Of a stretch of 64,000 nucleotides of DNA, positions 60,691 through 64,000 are shown piece by piece. The notes below the pieces were generated by a model, which made no database searches, was not told the origin of the DNA, and saw only the letters and a list, made by a program, of their open reading frames with translations. This DNA is from Mesotaenium endlicherianum (Eukaryota): NCBI GenBank assembly GCA_009602735.1, contig WELA01001627.1, forward strand, positions 97,578 through 161,577. Direction: 5' to 3'. Position 1 is the stretch's first letter. The number at the start of each line of letters is the position of its first letter. Made by a program: the position numbers and the translations under genes.

Positions 60691-62950
60691 TTGCTTAGCG
60701 TACTGTCTGTCAATCAGAAGCAATAGCGGCAGCCACCATTTCAAGTTGTTCAGCCCAAGTACAAACCTGCTTGTGGTTCCATTTAGTAAATTTAGACATA
60801 GCATATTGCTGTCGCAGTTTGTCGCGTAGTGATGGCGTTGCACACATGTAGAGAAAACACGCGTCATTGGCACCAAGAAACAAATGTGTACCTTGAATGA
60901 GCCGCTAAAGCGGTGCCGCATCATCAGGGGGTTTTGTCTCTTTGTCGCTCGAGATCGATGATCTCATCCTGACGTGCTATTGAGTCAAGTGGATAGACTT
61001 TGCATAAAAGCTCTAATATCACAGCTACTTGATTCATGGAAGTATTAAGCTGGGGTTCATGCAAAGGAACGTGTACTCCCATTAGAGCCTAGCGCTGCTG
61101 TTGCTAAAGGTCGCGCTGTTGCAGATCCAACGGGCATGCAACTCCAATCTGAATTGGAGTCGCATATGCCGCGAGGCTGACTCCCTCAGGACCGGGTTCA
61201 TCAGCTACGGCTACACCATAGGAATTGAGCAAAATTTCTCCACCTCCCCCCGCCCTCAAAAACAAGATCCCGACTCCTCCTAGACCACCCCCTGTCTCTC
61301 CCACTGCTCCTTCGTGCGCTACAACGTCGGCTCCAGGAATTGCTGCAGGCCTAGGGGCTGCTACCGGAGCTGGTGAATTACCCACTGAAGGGTTGGTATA
61401 GATCTAAAAAGGCTTGTTGTCTTCATAAAGAGTCAGTGTGTCCTCATTGAGGTAGTTAGGTACATGAGGAAGAAATCATCCTTGGCAACTCCATCATTAC
61501 GAGATCGCAGTATTGCGTAAGACGCTTCTTCTGGTACATGAAGTATGTAAAGTCATCCCCAATGGTCTGCCTGAGAAGAGGTGATGGGCAGATCCCCCCA
61601 TATCTGATGTCATCTTGTCTGTAGACATGTAATACTGAGTGGTTTCTACAGGGATATCTTCTACAATGTCTCCCTCTTTATTAAACTTAACATCTTGAGG
61701 GACCGGAGAAAGCAGAACCTGAAGATCTTCCTCCGCATCAACAGAGGGCTGCGTGTTCTACTATGTTTAGAAAGTATGCAAGTAGGATGCTAACAGGTTG
61801 CACCTTTTTAGGCCAGTCAAACTTGTAGAAGGGAAAATTACTGCAAATTACACTAGGCCTAAGACCGGATCACACACATGAGAGACTGGGATTTGTATGT
61901 GAAAGGCCTGGGATATCGAGATTGAGAGAGAGCCAACTTTTCCCTCGACGCGAAAAAGAACTAGGTTGTGATGGCTGCGATGTCGCTTGTGAGGAGAGGA
62001 AAGTAATAGAGAGAAGAATTAAGGCGCGGGGAAACTGAGAGGGGCGGACAGAGTCTCAGATAGGTGGAGCTCTTGGGCGCAAACACGCTTCAGCTTCATG
62101 GGGAGACATGAACAATGCTTGGATGAATTCTGGGAGAAAAAGTAGGCTTATTCTGAGCAATATACAAAATCCTAGGGCTAAAGTAAGCACTAGGGCGAAC
62201 TTTAAGTGTTGGCTAACGCCCTTCACATGGGCGGCTCTGCCTCTCAAACTCTCTCTCTTGGGATCTCCCTCTCGAACTAATGCAAGTCTAAAGGAAAGCG
62301 CGTTGTTTAAAACGCGTGCAATTCACGATGAGGGGTACTTGGTGGGTACGGCGAAGTACTGTACACCACAAAAAGATCGTGGTGTGCGGCAATGCTACGC
62401 TCCCTAACAAAGGGACAGGCCTTGGTGCAACATAACCTTATCCCCTATCCTACCCTCTACCTAATGATGAGGTCAACCGGTAGAATCTGTAATGGGCTAG
62501 CAGGTCCGTGTTGACCCCCCGACCTCCAATGGCGAGGTGCAAGTGAGAATCGGTGGGCAACATTGAGTCCAAGGGCGTCTCATGACAGCTCAAAAGGGGC
62601 TCATGAGTGGCCCAGGGAATTAGCACAACTAAGTCCAAAACTCCTAGCTGCCTGACCCTCACCTACCATCCCACCCCCAATGATGCAAGGACTAACTGAG
62701 TATCTCGACATAAAGTAATGAACAACAAGTAACAACTTGACAGATTGACTAGGCTATGACCCCACATCCTGCCACATTTTCCGAGCCTAGACACGTGACT
62801 CGAGGCTGGCTGATGCAGTCGGACCTATTGGACCAAGACTGGTTACCTATAGCAAGTTTGGCCAACCCTTGACTACGTTAGCCGTCCCCCCGGCCGTGAC
62901 CAACAAGATGACTCTAGCTGCCACGGAGTATTGGTCGAGTACTTGAGCCA
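60690..62950 (-). mobile_element. Possible degraded 5' part (LTR/gag-like) of another retroelement
   Basis: Broken coding-like minus-strand sequence, plus a GTCACGGCCG...GTCAAGGGTTGGCC motif (62860-62900) echoing the start of LTR family C. Confidence 0.3.
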
Positions 62951-63568
62951 ATTCCCCTTCAACTTCTTGAAGAAGAATTTAGCGTGAAGTGTGAAAATAT
63001 ATTATTGACATTTAGAAGCTTATGGACATGCATATGAGCCCAAAACGTACACCCAATACACAACCATACACTTTGCATGGCAGTTAGGCAAGTTTGTCAT
63101 GATATGAACTTCTAAGAGCATTGGTGAAAAGGAAACTATTTTGAAAATTTTAGTGATACAAATTTTAGTAAAACAAGTTTGCGTATACAATGCTAACACG
63201 GCCATAGCATCAATCTTTTAACGATCTGAAAGTCCAATCATATTGGTCGTGCATTCCAAGACCTAAATGGGAAGACCATATTTTCCCAAGATGCAGTTGT
63301 AAGCAACGTATTCATAGATGTGTAGTCACTAGCATGAAAACATGACATGAAACTGCTTAAACATGTTATGCACCACTCTGTATAAAGACTAAATACCGCG
63401 AGTTGTTGCTATGGTACAACAAAGGGCTTGTAGAGGCCACAAAAGTGAGTCTAAACTATGAGGTGTTCCATCACACAGATAAATACAGAATTACATACAG
63501 GAGTGCATAGGACATGTGCGCACACACGTGAGCACGCAATTAAATGTGCTACACCGCCATGCTCGACT

Positions 63569-64000
63569 CTACTCATTTGGCATGGACTTCTTGCCACAAC
63601 CACAGAATCCCTTCTTACGCTTGGGCACTGGCTGGGCGTTGGCTCCGGATGGAGCCTGCGTCACGCGGGATCCTTGCGGCTTCCCAAGAGGACCCTTCAG
63701 CTGCTGCGTCGTCACCTTGTCCACAATCTTGTGCTCCAGCTGTTCGACCTTGCCTCCAATCCCACCAGCACCTCCTCCCGTTCCCGGTGTTGGTTGGACC
63801 ATGTAGTCTGGCCCATTGTGATGGCCTCCTGTTGCCCCTGCAGCTGTACCTGCAGCAGCAGTACCTGCTGCCGCTGCAGGATAGGCACTCGCCCCACTCC
63901 CAACGGTCTGACCATCAGGCCCCGCAGGGCCAGCGTGGATACCAGTATTATTGCCAGTACCTGAAGCAGAGTAGCCAGCACCAGCTGCTCCCTGCTGGAG
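63569..64000 (-). CDS. 3' end of a Gly/Ala-rich low-complexity protein (starts outside the window)
   Basis: The frame is open from the window edge to TAG at 63569: ...AAAGTAAAGTAAG...GIGGKVEQLEHKIVDKV...KRKKGFCGCGKKSMPNE. Confidence 0.65.
   Translation of the reverse strand, partial: LQQGAAGAGYSASGTGNNTGIHAGPAGPDGQTVGSGASAYPAAAAGTAAAGTAAGATGGHHNGPDYMVQPTPGTGGGAGGIGGKVEQLEHKIVDKVTTQQLKGPLGKPQGSRVTQAPSGANAQPVPKRKKGFCGCGKKSMPNE

Noticed and set aside
1..64000. CRISPR arrays, tRNA or rRNA genes
   Set aside because: None seen; the TGGTATCGGAGC motifs are primer-binding sites complementary to tRNA-iMet, not tRNA genes.

Overview
Eukaryotic genomic DNA. GC-rich, intron-dense host genes sit among AT-richer nested transposons; the style suggests a streptophyte/charophyte green alga, but that is inference. 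Host genes, all on the minus strand: (1) a DPD1-like DEDDh exonuclease (about 220-1443, running off the window); (2) a gene of about 21 exons (about 14781-22469) whose exons splice in phase into one protein: signal peptide, GH26 glycoside hydrolase, beta-sandwich, TM helix, ankyrin repeats, then a bacterial BcsA-like processive GT2 synthase; (3) the 3' end of a Gly/Ala-rich gene (63569-64000). Mobile DNA: a truncated Ty3/Gypsy element carrying a C5-cytosine DNA methyltransferase between protease and RT (about 2.3-10.6 kb), and a nest of about 36 kb (24.6-60.7 kb) holding at least four Ty3/Gypsy elements and two piggyBac elements. Two chromovirus copies carry an unknown third ORF of about 550 aa behind a conserved splice acceptor. 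Both piggyBac proteins share an N-terminal domain with a Tudor-like pattern plus an AT-hook. All calls come from reading motifs by eye; no searches were run.
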